NCBI GenBank assembly: GCA_964016885.1
Contig: OZ024743.1
Span: forward strand, 239,754,001 to 239,818,000
Length of the DNA stretch: 64,000 nucleotides
Source: Eledone cirrhosa
Lineage: Eukaryota
Direction: 5' to 3'
Below, in pieces: positions 31,424 through 48,066 of this stretch. Below the pieces are notes generated by a model. That model ran no database searches. It worked only from the letters and a program-made list of their open reading frames with translations, and was not told the origin of the DNA. The position numbers were made by a program, and so were the translations under genes. Position 1 is the stretch's first letter; every line of letters starts with the position of its first letter.

Positions 31424-31691
31424 CATATACATATGTGTGTGTGTCTGTGTGTGTATACATATATATATATATATATATATATGTGTATACACACACACCC
31501 ATATATACATATATATATATATATATGTGTGTGTGTATACATATATATATATATAATAATAATACTATTTATAGTTATGTATATACTATAAACAACTATA
31601 AACAGGAAAGGTCAGTAATTCCTACTACCTTATTACCAGTAAGAGAAATAGCTCAATGTAAGAACATCAGGTGTTTTACAGAGCAGGAAAA

Positions 31692-31722
<31 letters not shown>

Positions 31723-31725
31723 ATA

Positions 31726-31756
<31 letters not shown>

Positions 31757-31759
31757 ATA

Positions 31760-31790
<31 letters not shown>

Positions 31791-31825
31791 ATATTTATTT
31801 ATTTATTTATTTATACATACGCACG

Positions 31826-31860
<35 letters not shown>

Positions 31861-31871
31861 GTATACACACA

Positions 31872-31932
<61 letters not shown>

Positions 31933-32590
31933 ATATATATATGTGTGTGTATGTGTGTATACTGATGATTGCGAAGGGCAGGTGTACATATTCGTAATAG
32001 TAATAATAATAAATTTGAAGACTAAAATCCAAAGAGGGCTTGATAAGGATATATATATATCAAATATATAAGAACCCTATAACAAATATTTATTAAAATA
32101 ACAGATTAAAGTTTAAGCAAAGAATCGCTGCTTTCACCCTTAACGGGATCTTATATATTTGTGTAAGTGTGCCAACAAAAAGTTATATAAACCGATAAAC
32201 AGATTTATTTACGATGGAAAGATATATAGATATAAAGAGTCAGATACAGAGTGAGAGAGACAGATTTTTAGTGAATCAGTTGTGGAGTTGTGAAGGGTGA
32301 CCGTATGTTTGTACTGATGTCAGTAGCGAGTAAAACAATATTATATTAGGTCATGTTTGAGCACTTGTCTGGGTGTGACCGTTCTATTGCGTTGCAGGTT
32401 GTTTCGTATATATTTATATACATATACACACACATAAACACGCACAAACACATACACACGCATACTCACACATACATATATATATATGCACACACACACA
32501 CACACGAACACACACATATATATAATTATATATATATATATTTATTAAAATAACAGATTAAACTTTAATCTGTTATTTTAATAAATATTT

Positions 32591-32650
<60 letters not shown>

Positions 32651-32937
32651 TCACACACACACACATATATATAATTATATATATATATATATATATATAA
32701 TCTGTTATTTTAATAAATATATATATATATATATATTTATTAAAATAACAGATTAAACTTTAATCTGTTATTTTAATAATTATTTGCTCTAGGGTTCTTA
32801 TATATTTGATATATATTTATCCTTATCGAGCCCTCTTTGGATTTTAGTCTTCAAATTTATTATTATTAATATATATATATATATAGTAATAATAATAAAT
32901 TTGAAGACTAAATCTGCGTTTACAGATTGACTTTGTT

Positions 32938-32988
32938 AGTTTCAGAAGATCCCGTTAAGGGTGAAAGCGGCGATTCTTTACTTAAACT
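32938..32988 (+). ncRNA. hammerhead variant family J (CAGAAGA core)
   Basis: agttt-CAGAAGA-T-CCC gttaa GGG-T-GAAA-GC..AC-TT-aaact. Further copies at 41680-41728 (-), 41900-41950 (-) and 41967-42017 (+). Confidence 0.55.
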
Positions 32989-33257
32989 TTAATCTGTTAT
33001 TTTAATAAATATATATATATATATATATTCTTTCGTTACTTTCGTATTGTGTGGTTGGGTTTTGCCTACCGCAATTTTCAATTTGTCAAGCTATTTAAAC
33101 GTATGTTATTACTCTGAGGACCTACCCTTATTGAGTGCTTTGCTACTTATTCCTTATTGTAAGTCGACTTTGCTTGGCCACAGCCAAAGTTTCGATTTTA
33201 CTAAGATTCCACTTATATATGTATATATATATATATAGAAAGATTATTATTTCATAC

Positions 33258-33371
33258 TGAGTTCAAATCCCGCCGAGGTTAACTTTGCTTTTCATCCTTA
33301 CGGGGTCGATAAAATAAAGTACCAGTAATGTACTGGTTATTTACTGGCCTTGTGCCTAAAGTAGAAACAAT

Positions 33372-33372
<1 letters not shown>
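33258..33372 (+). mobile_element. SINE-1 fragment from the B-box to the 3' end
   Basis: gagttcaaatcccgccgaggttaacttt... Confidence 0.8.
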
Positions 33373-33445
<73 letters not shown>

Positions 33446-33466
33446 ATTAAGAAAGAATATTATTTC

Positions 33467-33506
<40 letters not shown>

Positions 33507-33775
33507 ATAATCTTTCTTTAAATATACAATTTTTATTATTTTCCCTATATTTCAATTGACATTACTTCTATACTAAGACTCATAAATATTTTATGTTTTA
33601 AAAAACCATGTCTTATGTATTATATATGAATTATATGATCAGCGATATATGTGACACTATTGAGTTAGTAACAGAGAATAAGCCACTATATATATTTGTT
33701 TGTGTACACACACACACACACACATATATATTTATATTTATATTTATATACATACACACTCAGGCACACAGACAC

Positions 33776-33852
<77 letters not shown>

Positions 33853-33857
<5 letters not shown>

Positions 33858-34476
33858 TAAGTATGTACACGTACATACATATATGTATACCGACGTACAG
33901 TAGTATGTATATATATATATACATACATGCACATATATATATATGCACGTATGGATTCACCGAACATTTATTATAATGCTCGGTGTGTTTGTAAACAAAC
34001 ATCCCGTATTAAGCCGTAGTGTCTAGCAACCACCGTTGCTCGTTTGTTCAACACTGACAAAGGAACGCTGTACTAGTTTCAAGCTTGTTCGCTATCGTCA
34101 GCAACGTATACCTTCCTGCCAGATTGTTGAACGTATATACTTACCTTATGCATATTAACGGCTGAGTAGCCCAATATACATAAGGTAAGTATATACGTTC
34201 AACAATCTGGCAGGAAGGTATACGTTGCTGACGATAGCTAACAAGCTTGAAACTAGTACAGTGTTCCTTTGTCAGTGTTGAACAAACGAGCAATGGTGGT
34301 TGCTAGACACTACGGCTTAATACGGGATGTTTGTTTACAAACACACCGAGCATTATAATAAATGTTCGGTGAATCCATACGTGCATATATATATGTGTGC
34401 ATGTATGTATATATATATATACATACTACTGTACGTCGGTATACATATATGTATGTACGTGTACATACTTATATTT
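33853..34476. mobile_element. 620 bp palindrome, family K, with HHRs 34065-34107 (-) and 34222-34264 (+)
   Basis: acgttg-CTGACGA-T-AGC taacaa GCT-T-GAAA-CTAG-TA-cagtgt. Arms are ~300 bp and nearly perfect. Confidence 0.85.
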
Positions 34477-34809
34477 AAGTAACAGCCGTACTAAGAGTGG
34501 GAAATGAAATATCGTTTCATTTTTTCCGTTTATATATATATATATATATAAATGAAGAATGGCGTGCTGCGTTGTTGCGAATATGAACATATGAATAAAA
34601 ATAGACAAGGGGTAAAATTTCCTCTTCAGTAATCTGCTGATTATCGTTGGTATTCGACGCATTAAAGACTAGTCTTTAATGCGTCGAAATAACAACGATA
34701 ATCAGCAGACTACTGAAGAGGACATCTATTTTTATTCATATATATATATATATATATATACATACATATATATATATATTTATATATATATATATGTATA
34801 TATTTATAT

Positions 34810-34950
<141 letters not shown>

Positions 34951-36699
34951 TATTTTTTCACTGGCTTCAATCATCAGACTCCAGCCATAGTGTGTCACCG
35001 TCTGTGTGTGTGTGTGTGTGTGCGCGCGTGTGATTGTGTTTGTTTGTGTATGTGTGCCTTTTATTTTCATTTTTTTTTTTTTCACTGTTTATCTTTTCAA
35101 TATAATTTTGGATGTAAATAGAAAATAATTTCTATGAAAGACAGCCGAACTATTATCCCATTTAACCTATATCTTTTTTTTTAGGTGGGGCGAGGGGAGG
35201 GGTGGTCCTCGTTTACATCGTCACTTATGAATTTTATATGAAAACGAAAAGTAAACAACAACATCATATTGTGGGGTCTATATTAGAAAAGTCCATAATA
35301 AATAAATAATTGCACACTATATTTCTGTGCGCGCGCGTGTGTGTTAATATAAGTTATGAGAGTTTTCACTTAAACCGTTGTTTAATTCTCTACTTCTATA
35401 AGTTTTACTCAGATTTATATTTATTTATTTATTTATCCATTTATATATTTATTTATTTTATTTATCTATTTATATAATTATTTATTTTATTTATTTATTT
35501 ATAGATTTATTTATTTTATTTATTTATATGTTTATTTTATTTTATTTATTTATTATTTTTTTTTTTTCGCTGAAGATATACTTTATTTAGTTTCTAAATC
35601 TCATTGTCTCGAACAAGACAAATTTGTTTTGTGTTTGTGATTGTTGTTGTTGTTGTTACTGAAACCTAGGTTAGCCATGATGAAGCAGAACTACGAATGC
35701 TGACGTTCCAGACTTGACTACCCCTTATACATATATGATTAAATTATACAATGTGTTCTCCCCTTTATAATGTTCTATGTTTTCTTCAGGTGTGTGTGGG
35801 GGGGGGGGGGACTGACTGCTATTTCTAGCAGGTAAAGAGTCTAATCAGCATCTTCAGGGTTGGCTTGTGGGACGATTATTGTAATGGTTTCATATATTAA
35901 ACTCCAGACAAAAGATTTTTCGTGGGGTGGAGTGAGGTGCCAGTTAATTTATTTCGAATGTGTTGAAGTGATAGAATCTTCAGAATATCGGTTGGAATAC
36001 CTGACAGTATTTGTTCTAGCTTTCTGCACCCCAGTAACTAAATACCACAAGGTATTTATTAGATCTTTTTGTAAATAAGTTTTGTCACGCGCTAGATTCG
36101 GGGAAGGGTGTTATCGAGTTCTCAGGTAGGGGAACCACAGAAAACGAATAACTTACGACGGTTCCAAAGGACATATTCTTCCAAAACATAGGAAAAATAA
36201 AATTCACCTTGAAAATTATAGCCAACCCTATCAACTAGTTACTCTTAAAACTACGGAGACATATGTAATAATGAAAATATCCCTTGTCTGTACCGAGATA
36301 TCATCATATACCATGCGAACACAGTGGAGGCAGGAATGGCCGTGTAGTTAGGAAATTCATTTCAGGAAAGCGAGTTTCATCAGAGATACGGTCTTTCTGA
36401 ACACACAACAGTTGCGTGATCAATGAGTAATCGCGAAAATCTGAATAGCCAAATCTGTCCGTGAGCAGGAGCATTCTATAAATTATAATGGACATGATTT
36501 TTGCCAGAGTACTAATATAACATTTTACGTTTTATATGAATTTAAACGAATTTCGAATCTGTCTCATTGTCATTGTAAGTGAGCTCTGAACTAACGAATT
36601 TATCATTAAAGGCCTATAGTCCGTAGTTTTGTATAACTACAGTAACTCTGCCCAACGTCACGTGTTCTCTTTTTAAGATAGTAAGGCGTTTCAACTGTG

Positions 36700-37080
36700 A
36701 ACAACTCCATCATTTTGTGTATGTATACCTAAGCTTCGTAAACGACAAATATCGGTCTGTGAGACGCACTTTCAAGGAAAAGATATCACTATTACGAGAG
36801 GAGATAGGATCAGGAAGAACGCGATCAAGAAAATTGTAGTAAAAACAGCAGTCCAACGTCACAAAGAACAACACGAATTATAATCTTTGGACAAGTGATG
36901 GAAAAGTTAACTTAATATCTACCAACCCGCCTATCGTGAGTATAACACAAATATGTCAAACCACAAAGCATAACTGTGATCTAGTAAAGCGTTAATGTCG
37001 TCAAGGAAACCCTGATGTCACATGACATTACAATAGAAGAGGCCTTCCAAAGTGCCACGAAACGTCGGCTCATTCTCGCC
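36700..37080 (+). mobile_element. decayed PLE endonuclease 3' region with an HHR remnant
   Basis: ..IG....R..R....KTAVQRHKEQH resembles GIY-YIG helix motifs, followed by gaagaggc...gaaacgtcgg. Confidence 0.3.
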
Positions 37081-37405
37081 GTGACACATACAAGAGGACC
37101 AACGGAACGACCAAGAAAGAATATAGCAAATCTATCCATTGTGTCTCTTTTTCCATTTAGAAGACAGTAGGGAGTCCCAAGTTGAACAGTCCATGATTTT
37201 ATCGAACTTTATTAAACGATTTTGTCCCTCAATCTTGAATGGTATTTGGCTGCTCTTTCTAATTGAGCGAGGCAACAATTAGTGAATGCTACAGTGGTGA
37301 GTCAAAACATCGTTTGATTCAGAAGAGATGTAAATTAAAGCGTACTAAATTGAGCAAACGCACAGACACACACACACACTCACACACACATACAAGGAGA
37401 CAGAG

Positions 37406-37551
<146 letters not shown>

Positions 37552-37895
37552 TTGTGTGTATTTAAATATATAGACATACATACATATATGTGTGTTTTGT
37601 GTGTATTTGTGTGTGTTTGTATATATACAAATATATATACGCATACATACACACACACTCAAACAGTGAGAAACTTAGTTTAGAGGTCTATCCATTTTAT
37701 AATTCCGATTCACTTAAATCAGATATTTAATAATCAAGAATATTAGAGATAGGTTTATAGAAAGTACAACAGAATCATTAATAAAACTGTCTTTTTAAAT
37801 CCGACTGGTGAAAAATAAATTTAATCTGTATGTGTAATCAATTAAGTGTATATATATTTATATACATGTGTGTGTCTGTGTGTGTGTCTGTGTGT

Positions 37896-37943
<48 letters not shown>

Positions 37944-38110
37944 TTATATATATATATCTATATATGTACAAGTATATATAGATATATATGTACATATATG
38001 TATAAATATATGCAAATATATATATATATATATATATACACTTATATATATATATCTATATATGTACAAGTATATATAGATATATATGTACATATATGTA
38101 TAAATATATG

Positions 38111-38149
<39 letters not shown>

Positions 38150-38152
<3 letters not shown>

Positions 38153-38316
38153 GGAACCAGTAAGACCCCGACGGCTGAGCTCAGAATTAGCCGTCGAAAC
38201 GGCTTGAGCTCAGCCGTCGGGGTCTTACTGGTTCCTATTACCCACTCTACTACCCTAAGTATTGAGTACTTTGGTGCGTTATGGTCCACCTGGTTCCTTA
38301 CCACATTTCCTTCGTT
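38150..38316. mobile_element. pLTR family A short palindrome plus tail
   Basis: Same sequence family as 3021-3215. Confidence 0.8.
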
Positions 38317-38353
38317 ATATATATACATATACATATATATATAATTATACATA

Positions 38354-38896
38354 CTAGCAGAAAAACCACCCTTCCGTTGGTTTTCTGCTAGCATGTGTAG
38401 TGTATATATTGATATTATACGCAAGTATATATACATGTAGATATGATACATCAAATAAAATCGTAATTGACAATATAAACAGAAATTGAACGAAGACGTT
38501 GTTACACTGTCTTATGTAATCAGTAACGTAATCCATGATACATTAAAAAAAGACGATATTATATATATCCTGCATTAGGAGAAAATTAGTGACAGAAAAT
38601 TAGTATGTTTATTTAAGTGATCGCCACCGGAAGTGTTGATATCACACACTCTCTCTTTCTATATATATGGTAGTTGAAGTGGTGGTGGTGGCAACGATAT
38701 ACCCGAAGTACAACTTTGAAAAGAAGTCAATTTTAAATTATTTATTTTTACGAAATTGTTTTTGTTTACGAAATTTAGTAGATAAATTATGTAATATTCA
38801 TTCATTATTTATTCAAAGTAATCCAACTTATTTTACTAACGCGATAAAAAAAAAACCATACGCAGTCCCGCAGACCTTCCTTTATTATAGTTTAGA
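38354..38896 (-). mobile_element. non-autonomous Helitron, copy 2
   Basis: Minus strand A|TC...hairpin...CTAG|T gives canonical Helitron termini and an A/T target. Confidence 0.7.
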
Positions 38897-40365
38897 TGTA
38901 CATATATATATACACATATATATGAATGTATAATTATACTTATAAAAAAATATATATATATATATATACACAAATGCACGCACGTACGCACGCACACACA
39001 CATACGCACACACGCACGCACTCACACATACATATATATGTATGTATGTATATATGTACCGACATTTGCTAGTGTCTCATCACTATCTCTCTTCCCACCT
39101 AAATGTTACACAAAAGGTTAAGCCCAGATGGAAAAAAACAGAATACATTGCTGGCACCCTAAGCTATACGAGGTTTGGATGGATTTTGCTAAAGAATTGC
39201 GCCAGAACCTCTCACAGGGATTGAATACATATGACTAAGTTTGAAACTGCAGAATTATTGGTGTTTTATGGTAATTATGGTTACTGATGGTGTTGCAGTG
39301 ACTATTCATGTTTGTAGATTTTGTTGTTCTTGTATATTTCATCAGGTGAACCCCTGTTCTCAAAGATTGGATCAGATGCGATGAAACTGCGATCATCTTG
39401 TCTTTTAGTAAACATAGTGTATTGAGAATGACATTGTCCTCTATGGTCTCTCTTTATATTTAGATTGTATAGTTGGCTGTTATATCTTGGAGAGTGACCA
39501 TCTACTGACTCAATTGTTTTCGAAATATTTTAGTTGCTGTTGCTCTACTTTAAGCCGAACGATAACTGTTATAGAGCAAACGTACTTATGACCAAAAGTA
39601 ATCCACTTTTTTATTCTGACAATGTCTCGTATGTCTTTACATTTTTTGAAGAGGGCAATATGTTGATATTTTATGGGTTGAGGCACAATGTATATGCTGA
39701 TGTTACTTAAACTGTTTTAAAGGTCATCTCTGTTTAATTAATATTTCGTTGATATACTACTGAAATATATACCATACACATGGATCTACATATCTAGAAT
39801 TGGAAATCGAAATCATGTCACTATTTCATCTGTTCAAGATATTTAGATATCGCTAGGGCAGCAATAGTTACTGGTGATTTCAAACGTGTTTGTGTAAAAT
39901 TCCGTCGGTTCCAACGATGAGTGTTCCGATTGTATCCTTAATATAGTTCTCAATGAGATTCAGTGTGGCTCTTTGAATCAGAGGTAGAGCTCATTTTTGC
40001 CAGCTGGGTAGATAGGAGCACCGCAAATGTACCTATCTTCTAAAGTAAACACACCGTCAGAATCGAAATCAAGATTTAAAAGCAGGTACACACGGACACA
40101 TGTTTCAGAGGTAGAAGCATAATCCATAGAAGAGACCCCAGTAGTTGTTTAAACATTTTAACCCTTTATCAACACCTTACAGGGAAAGTGAACCAGGGCA
40201 ATATTAGAGTCAGGATATAAAGAGACGCGTCTAAATACGGTGAAGCAATTTACTTGACGTATCTTGCTAAAAATGTTGTCCGTAAATGATTTATTGAATA
40301 TGAATTTTATCAATAAAGCTCATATTAAACATCTCATTTTCAAATCTCTTAGAATGCATTATGTG

Positions 40366-40447
<82 letters not shown>

Positions 40448-40687
40448 ATTATAGAGAGACAGAAAGGAGGAACGCTACAGAGCGAAAGAGGAAGGAAGCG
40501 ATATATATATATATATATATTGCAAGCGGAATTAGTCGATCTCAGATTTACAGAAACCTAACGTGGATGTTGTATGTTGTATGTGATGTATATCGTATGC
40601 TATACGATATGCATTATATATTGCATTCGGTCTCCGCGCAATGGTCCAGGTCAGTCTCAAAATCTTTTCTTGAGTCCAACCATTTTC

Positions 40688-40701
40688 GTTGCTATGGCAA
40701 T
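40688..40701. promoter_or_regulatory. RFX X-box-like palindrome GTTGCTATGGCAAT
   Basis: 12/14 match to GTTGCCATGGCAAC, in a unique and relatively CpG-richer patch. Confidence 0.35.
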
Positions 40702-40859
40702 GCGGCTGGACTGCCGATCGCTATATTTGATTTGCAAAGCTGTCTAATCGTATTGTTATTACTCTGGGGTATCATTCTCTATCGAGCGCTAAAGATACAT
40801 TCTGAATTTGCATTCGTTAGCTTAGCCGCTGCCTAAAGCTTCGTTAATGCTATACTAAA

Positions 40860-42365
<1,506 letters not shown>

Positions 42366-42385
42366 TTTTATTTATTTATATATTT

Positions 42386-42472
<87 letters not shown>

Positions 42473-42949
42473 TGACTGTGTGTGAGTGGGAGCACATATA
42501 TATATATATATATGTGTGTGTGTGTTAGTGTGTATATCTGTGTGTCTGTGTGTCTGTGTGTGTGTGTGTATGTGTGTGTCTATGTATATGTTCCTCTGTA
42601 TCTATACATACATGTATATACAAAACGTGTGTTTGAAAAAGCATTTGCAACTATGCATAACAATAATCGTTCACATTAAAAGGCAAATTATATCTTCTTC
42701 AGCTGCTATTTTACCCCATTTTCTCAACTATTATTAATTGTAAATGACTGTTATTATGTTCACTTGCGCGGGAATATGCACATACACACACGAACATATA
42801 CAAACACACACATATATATTATTAATATTAATATTACACATATACATTTATATATCTATACCATTGGCGTGTTCTACGTCCTCCAGATATATATAGATAG
42901 ACTGCGTACCTAGCTTCGCTTGGATAAACAGACGATAAGACATCTGTGT

Positions 42950-44620
42950 TGTATAGTATTGTTGAAAATGTATAGTACAGTATTACTGTTGTAAATATAT
43001 AGTACGGTATTACTGTTGAAAATGTATAGTACAGTATTACTGTTGTAAATATATAGTACGGTATTACTGTTGTAAATATATAGTACAGTATTACTATTAT
43101 AAATATATAGTACGGTATTACTGTTGTAAATATATAGTACAGTATTACTGTTGTAAATATATAGTACGGTATTACTGTTGTAAATATATAGTACGGTATT
43201 ACTGTTGTAAATATATAGTACAGTATTACTGTTGTAAATATATAGTACAGTATTACTATTGTAAATATATAGTACGGTATTACTGTTGTAAATATATAGT
43301 ACGGTATTACTGTTGTAAATATATAGTACAGTATTACTGTTGTAAATATATAGTACAGTATTACTATTGTAAATATATAGTACGGTATTACTGTTGTAAA
43401 TATATAGTACAGTATTACTGTTGTAAATATATAGTACGGTATTACTGTTGTAAATATATAGTACAGTATTACTGTTGTAAATATATAGTACAGTATTACT
43501 ATCGTAAATATATAGTACGGTATTACTGTTGTAAATATATAGTACGGTATTACTGTTGTAAATATATAGTACGGTATTACTGTTGTAAATATATAGTACG
43601 GTATTACTGTTGTAAATATATAGTACAGTATTACTGTTGTAAATATATAGTACAGTATTACTGTTGTAAATATATAGTACGGTATTACTGTTGTAAATAT
43701 ATAGTACGGTATTACTGTTGTAAATATATAGTACAGTATTACTGTTGTAAATATATAGTACAGTATTACTGTTGTAAATATATAGTACAGTATTACTGTT
43801 GTAAATATATAGTACAGTATTACTGTTGTAAATATATAGTACAGTATTACTATTGTAAATATATAGTACGGTATTACTGTTGTAAATATATAGTACAGTA
43901 TTACTGTTGTAAATATATAGTATAGTATTACTGTTGTAAATATATAGTACAGTATTACTATTGTAAATATATAGTACGGTATTACTGTTGTAAATATATA
44001 GTACGGTATTACTGTTGTAAATATATAGTACAGTATTACTGTTGTAAATATATAGTACAGTATTACTATTGTAAATATATAGTACGGTGTTACTGTTGTA
44101 AATATATAGTACAGTATTACTGTTGTAAATATGTAGTACGGTATTACTGTTGTAAATATATAGTACGGTATTACTGTTGTAAATATATAGTACGGTATTA
44201 ATGTTGTAAATATGTAGTACGGTATTACTGTTGTAAATATGTAGTACAGTATTACTGTTGTAAATATATAGTACGGTATTACTGTTGTAAATATATAGTA
44301 CGGTATTACTGTTGTTAATATATAGTACAGTATTACTGTTGTAAATATATAGTACAGTATTACTGTTGTAAATATATAGTACAGTATTACTGTTGTAAAT
44401 ATATAGTACGGTATTACTGTTGTAAATATATAGTACGGTATTACTGTTGTAAATATATAGTACAGTATTACTGTTGTAAATATATAGTACAGTATTACTG
44501 TTGTAAATATATAGTACAGTATTACTGTTGTAAATATATAGTACAGTATTACTGTTGTAAATATATAGTACGGTATTACTGTTGTAAATATGTAGTACAG
44601 TATTTCTGTTGTAAATACGT
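42950..44620. repeat. 27-bp minisatellite, about 60 copies (GTATTACTGTTGTAAATATATAGTACR)
   Basis: Direct tandem units with an A/G dimorphism. Confidence 0.95.
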
Positions 44621-44999
44621 ACACGAATATATATATTTATTAATAGTATTAAGGATACTATTTATGGTTATGTATATAATAAAACCTTTTATGGTCATTT
44701 ATATTTAAACTCTAAATTGTGAAAGACAGTAATTCATTACTATCTTATTACCAGTAAGATAAATAGCTCAATGTAATAACATCAGTTGTTTACAGAGCAG
44801 TTATATAAAAATTATATGAATCAAAGTTCAGTTTAAATCATTTAAATCATAAATGATTTAAACTGAACTTTGATTCATGTAATTTCTATATTTATTAATA
44901 TATATATATATATATATATTAACAGTTAAAGGAATATATCCCTACCATATAATGTACCGATTGTGTTGTTATTTCTGTTCACCTGTTACATATATAATA

Positions 45000-45335
<336 letters not shown>

Positions 45336-45392
45336 ATATATATATTGTATATATATATTGTATATATATATATGTATATATATATAAATATG

Positions 45393-45473
<81 letters not shown>

Positions 45474-45555
45474 ATGTGTGTTTGTGTGTATACACAAACG
45501 CATACGTACATACATACATATATATATATATATGTACGTATGTGTTTGTGTATAC

Positions 45556-45593
<38 letters not shown>

Positions 45594-45615
45594 ATACACA
45601 AGCACATACGTACAT

Positions 45616-45650
<35 letters not shown>

Positions 45651-45700
45651 AGAGTGTGTGTGCGTATGTGTCCTTGTGTGGACACACACATTATAATATA

Positions 45701-45758
<58 letters not shown>

Positions 45759-45773
45759 TATATATATATAAAT

Positions 45774-45814
<41 letters not shown>

Positions 45815-46002
45815 CATACATATATATAAATATATATTTATATATATATGTATATATACATATATGTATATATACATATACACATATATACATATATATA
45901 TATATACATATATGTATAAATGTATATATACATATATATATGTATATATACATATATATATATATACATATATATATATAAATATATATACATATAGATA
46001 TG

Positions 46003-46053
<51 letters not shown>

Positions 46054-46071
46054 ACATATATATATATATAC

Positions 46072-46222
<151 letters not shown>

Positions 46223-46223
46223 G

Positions 46224-46260
<37 letters not shown>

Positions 46261-46299
46261 TATATAAATATTAAATGCGAATGCCTGTAATATAAAATA

Positions 46300-46470
46300 T
46301 GTGTTTCTACTTTAGACACAAGGTCAGCAACTACCCACTGCATTACTGGTGCTTTATTATATCGACCGCGTAAGGAAGAAAGGCAAAGTCAACCTCAGCG
46401 GGATTTGAACTCAGATCGTAAAGGGACGTAACTATGCTGCAAAAGCATGGCGTCCGACCCTCTACCGATT
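46300..46470 (-). mobile_element. SINE-1 copy
   Basis: Same core, with B-box reverse complement ggatttgaactc. Confidence 0.8.
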
Positions 46471-47003
46471 ATAAAATATTAAGTTTTAAGATACATTATG
46501 TAGGTGGACGTACAAATAAACAATTAATTTTGGAATACGAAACATTTTTGGTATATGAAAGAACCACCAACGGGCACTACACGCTGCACTATGAATAACC
46601 GCATGCAATGCTGCACTTACACAATATATATACATATTTATATAATATAGAACTGGGTTCTACAGGACTAGAACTGTTTCATTCGGAACAAATTATCAGG
46701 AATCTTTCTTGATGTAACAGTTCTAGTCCTGTAGAAGCCATTTCTATATTAAATATATATAGTCTGCTATGTATTGAGTACCTTACTTACTGTGGTTAAA
46801 CCCGATTGAACACGGGTTAAATACACACCCATACACACACATATATATATATATATGTATATGTGTGTATGCTTAAACTTTTCATATACACAGTGTATAT
46901 GATATGGTTCAAGGCAAAGCCAGTTACTTCTTAGCACTGGTTTCGTCGCAACTCTTCTATAAATATCCATATATGTGTATATGTATTGATATGTATATAT
47001 ACA

Positions 47004-47135
<132 letters not shown>

Positions 47136-47155
47136 TGTATACCGATAGACACATG

Positions 47156-47258
<103 letters not shown>

Positions 47259-47791
47259 CATGTGTCTATGGGTAAATACATAAGTATTAACAGGAGGGAT
47301 ATTAGTGTAAATTTTCCTTTAAATCCTCCGCTAAATGCTGAAATCTTTGTGATAGAGAATATTATTAGACCACTGTTTTGAAAGCAACAGTTTCTCCACT
47401 AAGATTGTAAGTTCACATATATACTTATATCTATCTGTGATTTAGTATGTATCTAATACGCAAAATTATAAGTACATCTATATAGGGAACAATACATATA
47501 TGAAGAACTTTTCCACTGTTCAACATGTTAGATTTCACGTCCGTTTTTATGAAAATTCTAGAGTTGCAGTATTGTTCCTTCTTAGGAGGCCCCCGCCCTT
47601 CTCCTAAGCCCGAATATAAATAATTCAAAGTAAGAGGAACATTCCTTTATACATATATACATTCATTCATGCATACTTATGTATGTACGTACATACGTAT
47701 CTTTATATGTACATATATATAAAGGCGCTTACAAACGTACATTTCTACATCAGTAGATTTCAATGCAGTAAAACAGCATGTATAAATATAA

Positions 47792-47844
<53 letters not shown>

Positions 47845-47879
47845 CACACACACATACACACATATATCTATAGCTATCA

Positions 47880-47927
<48 letters not shown>

Positions 47928-47944
47928 GTATGTATGTATGTATG

Positions 47945-48066
<122 letters not shown>

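Noticed and set aside
33258-33275. B-box sequences as tRNA genes
   Set aside because: No cloverleaf. They are the heads of SINE copies.
33853-34476. Palindromes as pure assembly artefacts or miRNA genes
   Set aside because: Arms in most cases differ by substitutions, and the families recur at several loci with a consistent architecture. They are too long and repetitive for miRNA calls.
34958-34990. CTGATGA...GAAA on the minus strand
   Set aside because: No helix III or helix I closure is visible before the (TA)n tract.
42834-44624. 596 aa ORF, or a CRISPR-like array
   Set aside because: Head-to-tail 27-bp minisatellite with no unique spacers, in a eukaryotic context with no cas genes.
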